Shown here: positions 45,824 to 56,594 of the stretch, piece by piece
How positions within the stretch are numbered: the first letter of the stretch is position 1
How the letters are laid out: every line of letters begins with the position of its first letter
Source of the DNA: an uncultured Gammaproteobacteria bacterium
Lineage (GTDB): Bacteria; Patescibacteriota; Microgenomatia; Daviesbacterales; UBA10151
DNA: 64,000 nucleotides
NCBI GenBank assembly: GCA_964500725.1
Contig: CAZCNP010000001.1
Location: forward strand, 321,520-385,519
Reading direction: 5' to 3'
Program-made: the position numbers and the translations under genes
The notes under the pieces: generated by a model
Told to the model about the DNA's origin: nothing
The model's database searches: none
The model's input: the letters and a program-made list of their open reading frames with translations, nothing else

Positions 45824-47086
45824 AATAGCCTTCTTATTTAATTCCATCTCCTTCTTAATAGCTTCTAACTGGTCATCAGCTTCCTTTAGTTTCTTATCTA
45901 AACCCTTTAGATCAGCACTAAACACTCCTTTTATGTAGCTATCAGTCTCACTTCTTAATAAATCCTTTGTCTTCTCAATCTTGTTGTCTAAATTCCGCCT
46001 TATTTGTTGTAAGGACCTTCTTCTGCTCTCAAGCTCTAACTCCTTATCTCTAATTACATTCCTCATTTCATCCACATAGTGGCTGTAAACTGCTTTAGAG
46101 GTGAACTTATTATCCTTTAGGAACTCACAAACAAAATCAACTATTACATGGGCTCTAATTGACTTGCCATATAATTTACAGTCAGGATTATCACATCTGT
46201 AGTAAAAGTAATTAGTCAAACCTTTTTTATTTTGCTTCGGGGTTATACCTGCTATCATGTTCTCTTCACAATCCCCACAAATCACTGCTCCCCTCAGTAA
46301 ATCAGCCTGTATAGTGCCTTCTGCATTGGCTCTGAGCCGATTCTTGAATGCTCTTTCCATATTGGAGAATTTATTTATCTTTAAGAATTCGTCTACTGTG
46401 ACCATTGGCACAAAGTCGTAAATCTCAGTTAAGTCAACAAATTGCTCACCGTATTTGAGTACTCCTGTATAAAATGGATCCTTAAACATCTCCGAAATTC
46501 TACTTCTGCCCCATTTGTAGACTTCATGCTTATCTCCTGTTGAATCCACTGCTCTGGTGAAACCATTGTCATTGAGGTACTTCATAACTACTTCTTGGGT
46601 TATTCCATCTAACCTCATCTTCCAACCCGTTTTTAGAAGAGTAAAATTATCACCGTCTGGTCTTAGGAACTTATTAATATCTTTGTAATAGCCATATTTT
46701 GTTCTGCTTAGGTATTTTCCTTCTTCAATACTCCTTCTAATACCTCGTTTAACATTGTCACTTAATTGGTCTGAGTATTGTTTACTTAAAACGAAGGCTA
46801 TTCCTAAAAGCATTTTCCCAGCTGTATTATTTTGAAAGGTGAAACTAACAAAATGCAGATCCTTTATTATTTGTTTATCTAATAAATCAATAACTTCACC
46901 ATTTGAGCCTACCACCTGATTATCTGCCAAATTTTGTGCAGGTTGTTGATCCTGCTGGGATTGTTGACTATTGTTGGTATCTGTTGACTGGCTATTGTCT
47001 GACTGTTGAGGTTGAGAGTTATCACCTTGAGAAGCTAAACTTGAGGCTAAATCTGTTAAATTATCTTTCTGAATTTTGTCATCCAT
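45785..47086 (-). mobile_element. Large serine recombinase gene missing most of its N-terminal catalytic (resolvase) domain; replaced by S/Q-rich low complexity
   Basis: Only the end of the resolvase domain is present (DLHFVSF...GKMLLGIAFVLSKQYSDQLSDNVKRGIRRSIEEGKY). It is followed by the recombinase domain (YLSRTKYGYYKD), the zinc ribbon (CGDC...YYRCDNPDC) and a coiled-coil tail. The N-terminal 60 aa are SQGDNSQPQQSDNSQSTDTNNSQQSQQDQQ; no catalytic-Ser motif. Confidence 0.6.
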
Positions 47087-47172
47087 ACGCTTACCATTAT
47101 ATCACCCAAAAATTTGCATAAAAAGTGGGGTTGTGTTAGTATATCTACATAACACTGAGGGAAGATTCTAAT

Positions 47173-47667
47173 TTAGGGTCTCCCTCTTTTTTTGTACTCA
47201 ATTAAATATTTCAAACTTCCAAAATCAATATGCTCATCTCCTGCGATTTTCTTGATTTCTCTGGCAGTTCTTTTTGGAGAAGAAATTATAATGATCTTTT
47301 TCTTTTTAGAAATTAAATAAGTAAGTAGTGGAGCAAAATCCCCATCACCAGTTAACACAATCGCTCTTTTATATTCTTTTATTTTAAGAAGCATGTCCAT
47401 AGTCAAATCTACATCACAGTTTGCTTTAGTTCTTGCTCCATATCTTTTGATTTCCTTTACTCTTAAAATATATCCAAATTGCTCTAATTTTTTTAAGAAT
47501 TTCTCTTTCTTTTCACTCTTTGAGTCTCTACCATAATAAAAGAAGACTTTAGAAATCGAAAATTTATTTTTTAGATATTGAATTAGTTTCTCTTGATCTA
47601 TAAACCAACCTTCAGCTCTGGCACCATAAATAATATTAGAAGCATCTATAAAAGCATAAGTTTTCAT
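47173..47667 (-). CDS. Free-standing NYN-domain (LabA-like) protein, paralogue of the intein-embedded NYN domain
   Basis: MKTYAFIDASNIIYGAR...CDVDLTMDML...AIVLTGDGDFAPLL...IIIISS...GDEHIDF. Confidence 0.7.
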   Translation of the reverse strand: MKTYAFIDASNIIYGARAEGWFIDQEKLIQYLKNKFSISKVFFYYGRDSKSEKKEKFLKKLEQFGYILRVKEIKRYGARTKANCDVDLTMDMLLKIKEYKRAIVLTGDGDFAPLLTYLISKKKKIIIISSPKRTAREIKKIAGDEHIDFGSLKYLIEYKKRGRP

Positions 47668-47865
47668 TGCCTAAACTATAGCATAACTGGGTAACTCTGA
47701 GCTGGAAACTGCCTTTTTCCCTTAAAATAGCTTTGGACTTCTGAATTAAACAAATCAACTATTTCTATATTCTTTGTAATATAATTAAGCAGTTCAAGGG
47801 AAGTTTCAGTCTCCCGACTTAGCTTGTATCTTGTCAAAATAAACCAGATTAACTAAACTAAAAAT

Positions 47866-48471
47866 ATGGCAGAAGCTGGTGGAGAAAAACTAGTGGGAGG
47901 TAATACAAGTTTAAGAAGAAATAAGCTTCCGCGCAGGCGTTTTTTAGAAACCGTACTAGTACTTGGGGCCCAACTTGCAATAGGCAAGGCTGGTGGAATT
48001 ATAAAACTAGTAGAGATTGGAACAGGAGCAACTCAAGCTAGTCTTAAAACATTAGAGCAAAACCCTGCCAGCGCTACAGCAACTCAAAGGCAAGCAATAG
48101 AAGAATTCAATAAACTGGAAGATGAAATAAGACGAAACCCTAAAAGTCTAGAACTTCAACGAAAAAGGGTGTACCAACTAAAGACCGGCTCTCAAGGAGC
48201 CTGGCTGGTACCAGAACCATTTACTGCTGATAAACAAATTACTATGGCCAATGGAAATAAACTACTCGCAGATACTGACTATAATATCCCAGGAGGGGCC
48301 ATTAAAGTGCTGGGTAAAAACCCCTTTAACAGTACTGGCTTGCCCCAAATAGAGTGGTATTTTATAACTACTCAACGAGATCGGCAAACTCACAAAGTCG
48401 CTGGTGGATATTTCGCCTATGCTGGAAGTTTTGTCCCAACTGCCAGAGGCACTGTTGCCCAACATAAATAA
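47866..48471 (+). CDS. Hypothetical exported protein with a twin-arginine-like signal
   Basis: LPRRRFLETVLVLGAQLAIGKAGG (RRxFL followed by a hydrophobic core). Confidence 0.35.
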   Translation: MAEAGGEKLVGGNTSLRRNKLPRRRFLETVLVLGAQLAIGKAGGIIKLVEIGTGATQASLKTLEQNPASATATQRQAIEEFNKLEDEIRRNPKSLELQRKRVYQLKTGSQGAWLVPEPFTADKQITMANGNKLLADTDYNIPGGAIKVLGKNPFNSTGLPQIEWYFITTQRDRQTHKVAGGYFAYAGSFVPTARGTVAQHK

Positions 48472-48481
48472 CAGGGTTAGC

Positions 48482-48985
48482 TTATGAGCCAAACCACAGC
48501 TCAATTTCTTTTTGAGCCTCTTCAGGGGAACCTGAAGCATGAATTAAATTATATACTGGTCTTTCCTCCAAGTTAGCTTTTAAAATATTATCTGTCCCTA
48601 AATCTCCCCTGATAGTACCCTTTTCAGCTGTTGCTGGGTCTGTAAAACCAGTGGTTTTTCTAGCCACAACAACTGCATCTTCCCCTTCTAATAATAAAGC
48701 TGCAATTGGACCAGAGGTGATAAACTTCCTAAGCCAGGTAACTACTTTTCTGCCTTGATCTTCTGCAGAGGTAACTTGCTGCCCTGCAGCAATGGTTTTT
48801 TCTCCAATAAGTCTTAAGTAATCTGGGTCCATTGGATAATGTTTTTCTACTATCTCCAAAGGCGCCATCATCTCTTTTCTTTTGACTACTTTAAGTCCTG
48901 CAGCCTCATATCTTTTTATAATTTCCTCGGTCAAACCCCTCTCTACTCCATCAGGTTTTATAAGTATCAAAGTCTTCTGTAACAT
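48482..48985 (-). CDS. ndk: Nucleoside-diphosphate kinase
   Basis: MLQKTLILIKPDGVERGLTEEIIKRYE...NLIHASGSPEEAQKEIELWF; the catalytic His is in the NLIHAS segment. Confidence 0.85.
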   Translation of the reverse strand: MLQKTLILIKPDGVERGLTEEIIKRYEAAGLKVVKRKEMMAPLEIVEKHYPMDPDYLRLIGEKTIAAGQQVTSAEDQGRKVVTWLRKFITSGPIAALLLEGEDAVVVARKTTGFTDPATAEKGTIRGDLGTDNILKANLEERPVYNLIHASGSPEEAQKEIELWFGS

Positions 48986-49031
48986 GATCGAAATATTATA
49001 TACGAAAAAAATAAAAGTTTAAAGGGTAAGA

Positions 49032-50087
49032 TTATTTGATCTCTATATCCTCTAATTTTATTGAGCCATCCTCAAATACCGAAGCTACTGCAAATCTAGG
49101 GGCTTGTGGATTTCTTTCAATTGTTATAGCTCCTGCTGTGCCCATTGATAAACCAGTTACAGGCTCTTTATATTCAGAGAAGAAGTGAATATCCCCAGCT
49201 AATACCTTTTTAACACCTGCTTCTTTTAGCTCAAACATTAATTCCTTTGCCTGAGATTTTAAACTCTTCTCCACCCTGCCCATTACATGATCTGAGGAAG
49301 GATGATAAAGTGGTATATGAACAAATACAAAGATGCCCTTTGTTCCTTCATTTTTTGTTTTTTCAATTTCCTCGCTGATCCATTTTCTTTGACTGTTATC
49401 AAATCCTATATAATTATCACTATTGTCCAGCAATAAAAACTTAAAACCTTCAAAAACAAAAGATTGATAACTGGGACCAAACACTTCTTTAAAACATTCT
49501 GTTGGAACAAGCTCTCTATTTCTACAATCCCACAAATCATGATCTCCTGGTATTAAAAAGTATCTAATTCCTGCATCATCAAGAACCTTTTTGGCCTTTT
49601 CCAACTCAGCTTTAGTTCCTACAGTGGTATAGTCTCCCAAACCTATGATAAATTCAATATCTGGAAATTGGGATTTAACCTGTTCTAAAGCTTTTTGCAG
49701 ATTAAGGTTATCACTATGAGAATCAGCAATCAGCAAAAATTTAAAAGATAGGTTTGCTGTAACAGGCTCTGGTATTTTAGTATTTTCTGAAGGGATCTGC
49801 CTGCTATTTTGCTCACCCAAAATCTTTTGGTTGATTTGATCTGCCAAGCCAGAGGTGGGTTTGTTTGAAGAAAAAAATCCCAGCAGCTGCGGTGGAATTC
49901 TGCCTGCCAACAATTCTGAGACAACAGCCTGTGGGTCAAGTTTTAAAGGGTCAACACCAGTAAAAGATTTGTAGGCAGAATAAACTCCCACCAACAAAAT
50001 GGTTAACATCACCATACTCAAAACCAATCTTAATATAACAAACAATATATTAGGCGATCTTCTTCCTTGATTATGTTTTTTAAACAT
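49032..50087 (-). CDS. Membrane-anchored calcineurin-like metallophosphoesterase
   Basis: N-terminal TM; motifs LLIADSHSD, GLGDYTT, LIPGDHDLW, FVHIPL. Confidence 0.65.
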   Translation of the reverse strand: MFKKHNQGRRSPNILFVILRLVLSMVMLTILLVGVYSAYKSFTGVDPLKLDPQAVVSELLAGRIPPQLLGFFSSNKPTSGLADQINQKILGEQNSRQIPSENTKIPEPVTANLSFKFLLIADSHSDNLNLQKALEQVKSQFPDIEFIIGLGDYTTVGTKAELEKAKKVLDDAGIRYFLIPGDHDLWDCRNRELVPTECFKEVFGPSYQSFVFEGFKFLLLDNSDNYIGFDNSQRKWISEEIEKTKNEGTKGIFVFVHIPLYHPSSDHVMGRVEKSLKSQAKELMFELKEAGVKKVLAGDIHFFSEYKEPVTGLSMGTAGAITIERNPQAPRFAVASVFEDGSIKLEDIEIK

Positions 50088-51685
50088 TACATCCTCTCAG
50101 GAGCTGAAACTCCTAAAAGCTTTAGGGTATTTGCCAAAGTTATTTTGGATGCATAAACTAAAACCAGCCTTGCTTGTATTAACTGTTCATTTTCTGCCTG
50201 CAAAACAGGACAGTTTTCATAAAACTTATGAAATAAATCTGCCAAACCGATTGCATATTCTGTCAATTGATGCACTTGCAAATTAACCATGATTTCTTGA
50301 GTTAAATCAGGAAAGCTAATTAGATATTTTATCAAATCCAGCTCGCTTGGATGAACTAACCTAGTATAGTCAACCCCTTCTAGATTCAAGTTTTTGCTTT
50401 TAAGAAGAATGTTAGTCATTCTGGCATGAGCATATTGAACATAATACACAGGATTTTTGTTTGATTGCTGCTTTAGAAGCTCGACATCAAAGTCCATATG
50501 GGTTTGAGGAGAAAACCTTAGCAGATAAAACCTAAAAGCATCTACCCCTACCTCATCTAAAACTTCTCTTGCTGTAATAAAATTTCCAGCCCTTTTGCTC
50601 ATTTTGACCACTTCATCACCCTTTTTAACCCTGACATACTGATATAAAACTACTTTTAGCTTCTGAGGGTCAAAACCTAAAGCCTGGATAGCAGCCTGAA
50701 TTCTAGGTATATGACCATGATGATTACTGCCCCAGATATTTATTATCAAGTCTGCGCCTGAGGCAAACTTTTGCTTGTGGTATACAATATCGGAGGTAAA
50801 ATAAGTATAATTTCCATCAGATTTCTGGATCACAGTTTCCCTGTCTTTTAAAAACTCATCATTGGGCGCCAGCCACAAAGCTCCATCTTTTTCTTTAACT
50901 ACCCCTTCTTTCTTCAACTCATCTACAACCTCAGCTGCGCCTTCTCTTAGCTGTGATTCGTGAACAACTAAATCAAACTTTATTCCCATAGCATGAGAAT
51001 CAGCCATAATATCCTCGTACATTAAAGCTACCGCTGCCTGACCTACCTCGCTATCAGATTTATTTTCTATATCCTCCAATTCTTTTACTAAATCATTTAT
51101 ATATTCACCCTGATATTGATTTTTTGAGGCTAAATTACCATGATATGCTGCTTTAATTGTAGCTCCTAAAGCTTTAATCTGCTCTCCTACATTGTTATCA
51201 AGATATTCTCTTAATACTTTATAGCCTGAGTTTTCCAAAACATTGGCAGCCACATCTCCTAATGGTCCCCCTCTGGCATTACCAATATGTAAAGGGCCTG
51301 TTGGATTAGCAGAAATAAACTCTACTCTGGCTGTTTTACCTTGACCAACTTCTGATTTCCCAAAGGCTTCCTTATTGTCTAAAATTTCTTTTAAGTTTTT
51401 TGTTAAACTTTCTGCTTTTATAAAAAAATTAATAAACCCTCCTCCTGCTATTTCTGCATGTTCTAAATACTCAGGTTTTCCCAAATTTTGTAAAATTTCA
51501 TTAGCAATTTCTGTTGGCGATTGCTTGCCTTTTGACCCCTCGAGTTTAGCAAGCTGCAAAGCCACATTTGTACTGTAATCTCCAAAAACAGGATTTTTGG
51601 AAATAGATACAACTATATCACTATCTGTAAATCCCAAATCTCTAATTACGTTCTTTAAGTCTTCTAAAATTTGTTGCTTAATCAT
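50087..51685 (-). CDS. argS: Arginine--tRNA ligase
   Basis: FISANPTGPLHIGNARGGPLGDV (HIGH-type motif) and KMSKR near the C-terminal third; 532 aa. Confidence 0.85.
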   Translation of the reverse strand: MIKQQILEDLKNVIRDLGFTDSDIVVSISKNPVFGDYSTNVALQLAKLEGSKGKQSPTEIANEILQNLGKPEYLEHAEIAGGGFINFFIKAESLTKNLKEILDNKEAFGKSEVGQGKTARVEFISANPTGPLHIGNARGGPLGDVAANVLENSGYKVLREYLDNNVGEQIKALGATIKAAYHGNLASKNQYQGEYINDLVKELEDIENKSDSEVGQAAVALMYEDIMADSHAMGIKFDLVVHESQLREGAAEVVDELKKEGVVKEKDGALWLAPNDEFLKDRETVIQKSDGNYTYFTSDIVYHKQKFASGADLIINIWGSNHHGHIPRIQAAIQALGFDPQKLKVVLYQYVRVKKGDEVVKMSKRAGNFITAREVLDEVGVDAFRFYLLRFSPQTHMDFDVELLKQQSNKNPVYYVQYAHARMTNILLKSKNLNLEGVDYTRLVHPSELDLIKYLISFPDLTQEIMVNLQVHQLTEYAIGLADLFHKFYENCPVLQAENEQLIQARLVLVYASKITLANTLKLLGVSAPERM

Positions 51686-51718
51686 AAACTAATCATAGCA
51701 TAATTCAAAAGCTAAAAG

Positions 51719-52738
51719 TCATTTGAGTTTTGGCTTATTAATAGTCATTAGTATTCCTCCCACTATCAAATAATACCCCGCCCAAACCAACCAGAGTTGC
51801 TCTCCTATATATTCCCAGGCAAAAGGCAAAGAGGCAAAAAATTGGACTATATAAATAAAGTAAGTCAGCAAAATATTTACCCCTACTCCTACCAACCCCC
51901 CAATAAAATTTAAGACAACACTAAATCCTAACATAATAACCCCTCCAATCATAATAAAAGGTATCGTCCAAAGAATAAAAAGATTAGCAATTATCCCCAC
52001 TAAAGAAAATTGATGAAAATTTTGGGCAATAATTGGCACAACCATTACTTGAGCTGCCAAAGAAACTGCCAAATCCTGGCCAATAATAGGTAATTTATCA
52101 AGCCACCTTAAGAAAAGCGGTGCCACTACTATTACCCCAAAGGTGGCCAGAGCTGACAACTGAAAAGATATGCTGGTAATCCAGGAAGGATTAACAAGCA
52201 GCATCAATCCTAAAGTTACTGCTAAAACCCATACTCCATCTTTGGTTCTGCCGGTTAGCTGTGCTAACGCAGCCAGAGAAAACATGATGGCAGCTCTTAC
52301 AATTGGTATCTGCATACCAGTTAGCACTGTATAAAAGCTGATTGCTAACAGACTCAAAATAATAGCATTTCTTCTCTTTATTAAACCTGCCAGACTCAAA
52401 AATACCCCTCCCACCATACTTAAATTTTGGCCAGAAGCCACTACTATATGAAGGGTGGAAGTATCTCTTAAAGAAAGTTTAAGGGAACCTGGAAGGCTTT
52501 TATTTTGCCCCAGCAATATGCCTGAAAGCAATTCTGCTTGTGGAGAAGGCAAAAGCTGACTAATCTTTTGATCTAAAAATTGTCTTTCCTGCTGGAAAAC
52601 ATCTATTTTAACCTCCCATCCTCCCTGTTGATATCTAATGTAGAAAATAAGCAGATATAAAATAAGAGCTAGAATATAAGGTAACTTGTCCCAGCGCAGT
52701 AATGCAACCATAATCAGTGGCGAGTTTGAGTCAGTCAA
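51719..52738 (-). CDS. comEC: ComEC/Rec2-family competence membrane channel (competence domain only, no metallo-beta-lactamase domain)
   Basis: Polytopic membrane protein with HIVVASGQNLSMVGGVFLSLAGL (ComEC competence-domain motif). Confidence 0.6.
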   Translation of the reverse strand: MTDSNSPLIMVALLRWDKLPYILALILYLLIFYIRYQQGGWEVKIDVFQQERQFLDQKISQLLPSPQAELLSGILLGQNKSLPGSLKLSLRDTSTLHIVVASGQNLSMVGGVFLSLAGLIKRRNAIILSLLAISFYTVLTGMQIPIVRAAIMFSLAALAQLTGRTKDGVWVLAVTLGLMLLVNPSWITSISFQLSALATFGVIVVAPLFLRWLDKLPIIGQDLAVSLAAQVMVVPIIAQNFHQFSLVGIIANLFILWTIPFIMIGGVIMLGFSVVLNFIGGLVGVGVNILLTYFIYIVQFFASLPFAWEYIGEQLWLVWAGYYLIVGGILMTINKPKLK

Positions 52739-52764
52739 AAAATAAAACGAACGAGCTACATTTA

Positions 52765-53370
52765 CTAATATACCACCAATTGCTCTTTAATCTTCTCAAA
52801 AACAGGCTTGCTGAGAACTTTTTTACTTAATAAATCCTCTACTGCCTGATAAGGCCTGTCTGAGAGAATTTTGGAAGCTGTAACAGGCCCTATACCTGGC
52901 AATGCTTCCAACTCTGCTTGAGAAGCTGTATTAATATTAACTTTAGAACTTGTTTGAGTTCCAGCAACCACCCCACTACTACCAGACCCACCTGTTTGTT
53001 CTCCCTCAAACGGCACATAAACCTTACTGCCATCTGATAATTTTTGAGCCATATTGAAATACTTTGATATATATTCTTTATTGGAGTCTGGAGAAAATCC
53101 TCCTGCAGATAAAATAGCATCCTCAATCCTTGACCCCTCTTTAAGCTGGTAAACACCTGGCTTACCAACAGCTCCGGACACATCAACAGAAATTAATTTT
53201 TGACCTTCAACTAAACTTTCTTTGGGAAATCCGCCGGCTGGCGGATTTGGTTTTTGATTACTCAACCCTGAGCTAAATACTCCACCAATAATCAGCACTA
53301 ACCCTAACATACTTAAGGCTATGGGGATTTTATATTGTTCCAGCTTCTCTCTCCAGCTTAAGCTATCCAT
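52765..53370 (-). CDS. comEA: ComEA-like DNA receptor (N-terminal TM plus C-terminal helix-hairpin-helix)
   Basis: INTASQAELEALPGIGPVTASKILSDRPYQAVEDLL is a tandem HhH; the SLBB-like middle GSKVYVPFEG is also present. Confidence 0.7.
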   Translation of the reverse strand: MDSLSWREKLEQYKIPIALSMLGLVLIIGGVFSSGLSNQKPNPPAGGFPKESLVEGQKLISVDVSGAVGKPGVYQLKEGSRIEDAILSAGGFSPDSNKEYISKYFNMAQKLSDGSKVYVPFEGEQTGGSGSSGVVAGTQTSSKVNINTASQAELEALPGIGPVTASKILSDRPYQAVEDLLSKKVLSKPVFEKIKEQLVVY

Positions 53371-53373
53371 ACT

Positions 53374-53805
53374 CTACCATCTATCATCTAACAACTTCTT
53401 TCTGTATTCTTTCACCCAGGTTTTATAAGCACCATGCAAATAACCCATTCCCCGCTCAACCATTTCTCTTTTAACTACCCCGCCAGCATGAGGATAACGG
53501 TGCAACCTTGGTTGGGTGGATGAAAAACCATGAGTGAAATGTACCAACTCATGACCAATAGTATGATCAACTACTTCCGAGGGAATATTTTGATCTTTAA
53601 ACATTGAAGTGATAGTAATATAACTTGATTTTGTGCTTCTGTTGAGCCTAATGGAGCCTAATCTATATTTGGCAAACCTACCAAACTTGATAAAGACTTT
53701 GTTGTTTTGAGCTACATCTGGAAAATATTTATTCCATAGGTAATCTAAACGAAAAAGCAGCCAGGCATTATCGCGGACTGGTGATCTGGTGGGCATAAGC
53801 ATCAT
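53374..53805 (-). CDS. HExxH zinc metallopeptidase-like protein (SprT-like/DUF45-type)
   Basis: TIGHELVHFTHGF contains HExxH; small (143 aa) soluble protein. Confidence 0.4.
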   Translation of the reverse strand: MMLMPTRSPVRDNAWLLFRLDYLWNKYFPDVAQNNKVFIKFGRFAKYRLGSIRLNRSTKSSYITITSMFKDQNIPSEVVDHTIGHELVHFTHGFSSTQPRLHRYPHAGGVVKREMVERGMGYLHGAYKTWVKEYRKKLLDDRW

Positions 53806-53888
53806 TTTAGAGTTTCAAAGGCAAAATGTCAAAAATCCTGTTACATCAAGCTAAACTAGCTACTGATAAACACTAGCAATTTATAATT

Positions 53889-56345
53889 TTAATTGCTAAC
53901 TACCAAGCTAATTATCTTACCAGGTATATACACAACTTTTTCCACGGATTTTCCTGCTAAGAATTTTTCAATCTTTTTGCTCTCTTTGGCCATTTTTTCT
54001 ACTACTTCTTTGTTACTAACAGTATCTTTTTGTATCACCAAAATATCCCTCACCTTACCATTAATTTGAACAGCTATAGAAACTTGCTCTTCTTCCAAAT
54101 ATTCACTGGCATATTTTGGCCATAACTGCTTATGAATACTCCAGTTATTAGTTCGTAGTTCATACTCTGAACTATTAACTAATTGCCACAACTCTTCTGT
54201 AATATGAGGGGCAAATGGAGCCAGCAGCAACAAAAAGGTTTTATATTCCTCTGCTGAAACTGCTTGTTTTCTAGATAAATGATTCAACCATTCCATCAGA
54301 CCAGCAATAGCAGTATTGTATTTTAACTGCTCAATATCTTCTGTGACTTTTTTAATCGTTTTGTGCATCATCCTCAAGTCACTTGACTCTTGACTCTTGA
54401 CTCTTGACTCTATTTTCTCCTGCAGTCCCCAAACTCTTTGTAAAAATCTATAAATACCACCCATGCCACTATCCCTAAAATCTCCTCCATCTGAATAAGG
54501 ACCTAAAAACATCAAATAGGTTCTTAATGTGTCAGCCCCGTATTCCTTTATATATTTATCAGGATTAACAATATTACCTTTGGATTTGCTCATCTTGGCT
54601 CCATCTTTGATAACTAAGCCATGAGCCCTAAAGGTGGTAAAAGGCTCTTCAAAATTTATTAATTTCAGATCGTATAAAACCATGGTGACAAATCTAGAAT
54701 ACAAAAGGTGCAAAACAGAATGCTCTGCTCCTCCAATATACATATTAACTGGCAACCATTTCTTGATTCTGTTAGCAGCAAACGCTTCATCTTGATATTC
54801 TGTTGATGGATATCTTAAAAAGTACCAGGCAGAATCCAAGAAAGTATCAGAAACATCTGTTTCTCTTCTTCCCTTACCACCACAGTTTGGGCATTTGACA
54901 TTATAGAAATCTGGAACAGAAGCCAAGGGAGACTCGCCTTTTCCAGAAGGCCTAAAATCCTCCACAAACGGCAGCTCCACTGGCAAACCCTCTTCAGGCA
55001 CTGGCACTACTCCACATTTATCACAGTAAATCATAGGAATTGGGGGTCCCCAGTATCTTTGCCTTGAGATTAACCAATCCCTTAAATGATAATTAGTTGC
55101 TTTTCTGGCATGACCTTGTTTAATGCTATATTCAGCCACAGCTTTCCTAGCAGTAATATCATCCATACCTTCAAAATGGCCAGTATTTTCTGTCATTACT
55201 CCTCCCCCAGTGTAAGCCTCCTCCATCTCCTCCACTTTTAAATCTTTATCTGTAGGCCTTACCACTAAAATAAATGGCAAATCATACTTTTTAGCAAACT
55301 CAAAGTCTCTCTGATCATGGGTAGGCGTACATTTAACTATGCCAGTACCGTATTCCATAATGGCAAAATTAGCAATATAGAGAGGCATCTGATGACCAGA
55401 CAGAGGATTTATTACATATCTGCCTACAAAATAACCTTTTTTCTTTTTTTCAGCACTATTTGGATCCTTGATTTTATCTTGCTTGACTTCTTCTATAAAT
55501 TCTTTAGCTCCTTTTTCATATTTAGTACCGGCAACTAACTCTGCTATCACTGGATGTTCTGGAGCGATAACCATAAATGTTGCTCCCCAAGTAGTATGTG
55601 GCCAGGTAGTAAATGATTCTAGGGTCAAATCCATACCTTCTACCTTCCACTGCTCAATCAACCCTTCACTTCTACCAATCCACTGTTGTTGAGCTATCTT
55701 AACCTTTTCTGACCAATCTAATTCTTTTAAGTTATTAAGCAGTCTTTCTGCATAATCAGTAATTCTAAAAAACCACTGCTCAAGCAGTCTTTTTTCCACT
55801 ACGCTACCGCACCTCTCGCAAACACCTCCTACCACCTGCTCGTCTGCCAGCACAGTTTTATCCTTAGGACACCAGTTGACTGAAGCTTTTTTTCTGTAAG
55901 CCAAGCCTTTTTTGTACATCTGTAAAAATAACCATTGAGTCCATTTGTAATAGTTTGATTTATATGTTTCTACTGTCCTAGTCCAGTCAAAACTATTACC
56001 AATTAGATGTAACTGCTCATAAAATCTTTTTTCTGTTTTTTTAGACAGCTCCATAGGGTGCTCATTTACCTTTAAAGCATAGTTTTCACTATGAATCCCA
56101 AAGCCATCCAAACCAATTGGCTCAAATACATCCAAACCCTGCATCCTTTTAAACCGAGAATAAATATCTGAACCAGTAAAAGCATACATATTCCCAACAT
56201 GCAGCCCCTCTGCTGAGGGGTAAGGAAACATCATTAAGCTATAGTAGGGTTTTTCCGCCTTATCTAGATCAGGGCTAAATAATTTCTCTTCAGACCATTT
56301 TTTTTGCCACTTAGATTCTATCTGACCTGGTATATACTTGTGCAT
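53889..56345 (-). CDS. leuS: Leucine--tRNA ligase
   Basis: HVGNMYAFTGSDIY (HIGH) and KMSKSKGNIV (KMSKS); 818 aa with an editing-domain insertion. Confidence 0.9.
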   Translation of the reverse strand: MHKYIPGQIESKWQKKWSEEKLFSPDLDKAEKPYYSLMMFPYPSAEGLHVGNMYAFTGSDIYSRFKRMQGLDVFEPIGLDGFGIHSENYALKVNEHPMELSKKTEKRFYEQLHLIGNSFDWTRTVETYKSNYYKWTQWLFLQMYKKGLAYRKKASVNWCPKDKTVLADEQVVGGVCERCGSVVEKRLLEQWFFRITDYAERLLNNLKELDWSEKVKIAQQQWIGRSEGLIEQWKVEGMDLTLESFTTWPHTTWGATFMVIAPEHPVIAELVAGTKYEKGAKEFIEEVKQDKIKDPNSAEKKKKGYFVGRYVINPLSGHQMPLYIANFAIMEYGTGIVKCTPTHDQRDFEFAKKYDLPFILVVRPTDKDLKVEEMEEAYTGGGVMTENTGHFEGMDDITARKAVAEYSIKQGHARKATNYHLRDWLISRQRYWGPPIPMIYCDKCGVVPVPEEGLPVELPFVEDFRPSGKGESPLASVPDFYNVKCPNCGGKGRRETDVSDTFLDSAWYFLRYPSTEYQDEAFAANRIKKWLPVNMYIGGAEHSVLHLLYSRFVTMVLYDLKLINFEEPFTTFRAHGLVIKDGAKMSKSKGNIVNPDKYIKEYGADTLRTYLMFLGPYSDGGDFRDSGMGGIYRFLQRVWGLQEKIESRVKSQESSDLRMMHKTIKKVTEDIEQLKYNTAIAGLMEWLNHLSRKQAVSAEEYKTFLLLLAPFAPHITEELWQLVNSSEYELRTNNWSIHKQLWPKYASEYLEEEQVSIAVQINGKVRDILVIQKDTVSNKEVVEKMAKESKKIEKFLAGKSVEKVVYIPGKIISLVVSN

Positions 56346-56594
56346 ACTAAGATTCTACCATATTTTGCTTTAAGCGGATGAAAAGCTAATTTACGCGGAT
56401 CTGGTCTATCAGTTTTCCATCGTACAAATCTTTTTCATAGGATGTTTTCACAAGCTAAATTAAACTATATTCAGTTTGAAATGATATAGTTTATGTATAT
56501 TCTGACTTATTCTATACCCTAAGTCCTAGTCCCTATACCCTAACCTGTGCTCGTGCGGTAATTATCTTGATCTGTTTTGCTATAGAATGAGACA

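Noticed and set aside
54382-54409. Fourfold tandem heptamer CTTGACT inside leuS
   Set aside because: It lies in frame within an essential gene, encoding ESRVKSQES in a variable LeuRS linker. A 7-nt slip would be lethal, so it is not a plausible phase-variation switch; probably a neutral microsatellite.
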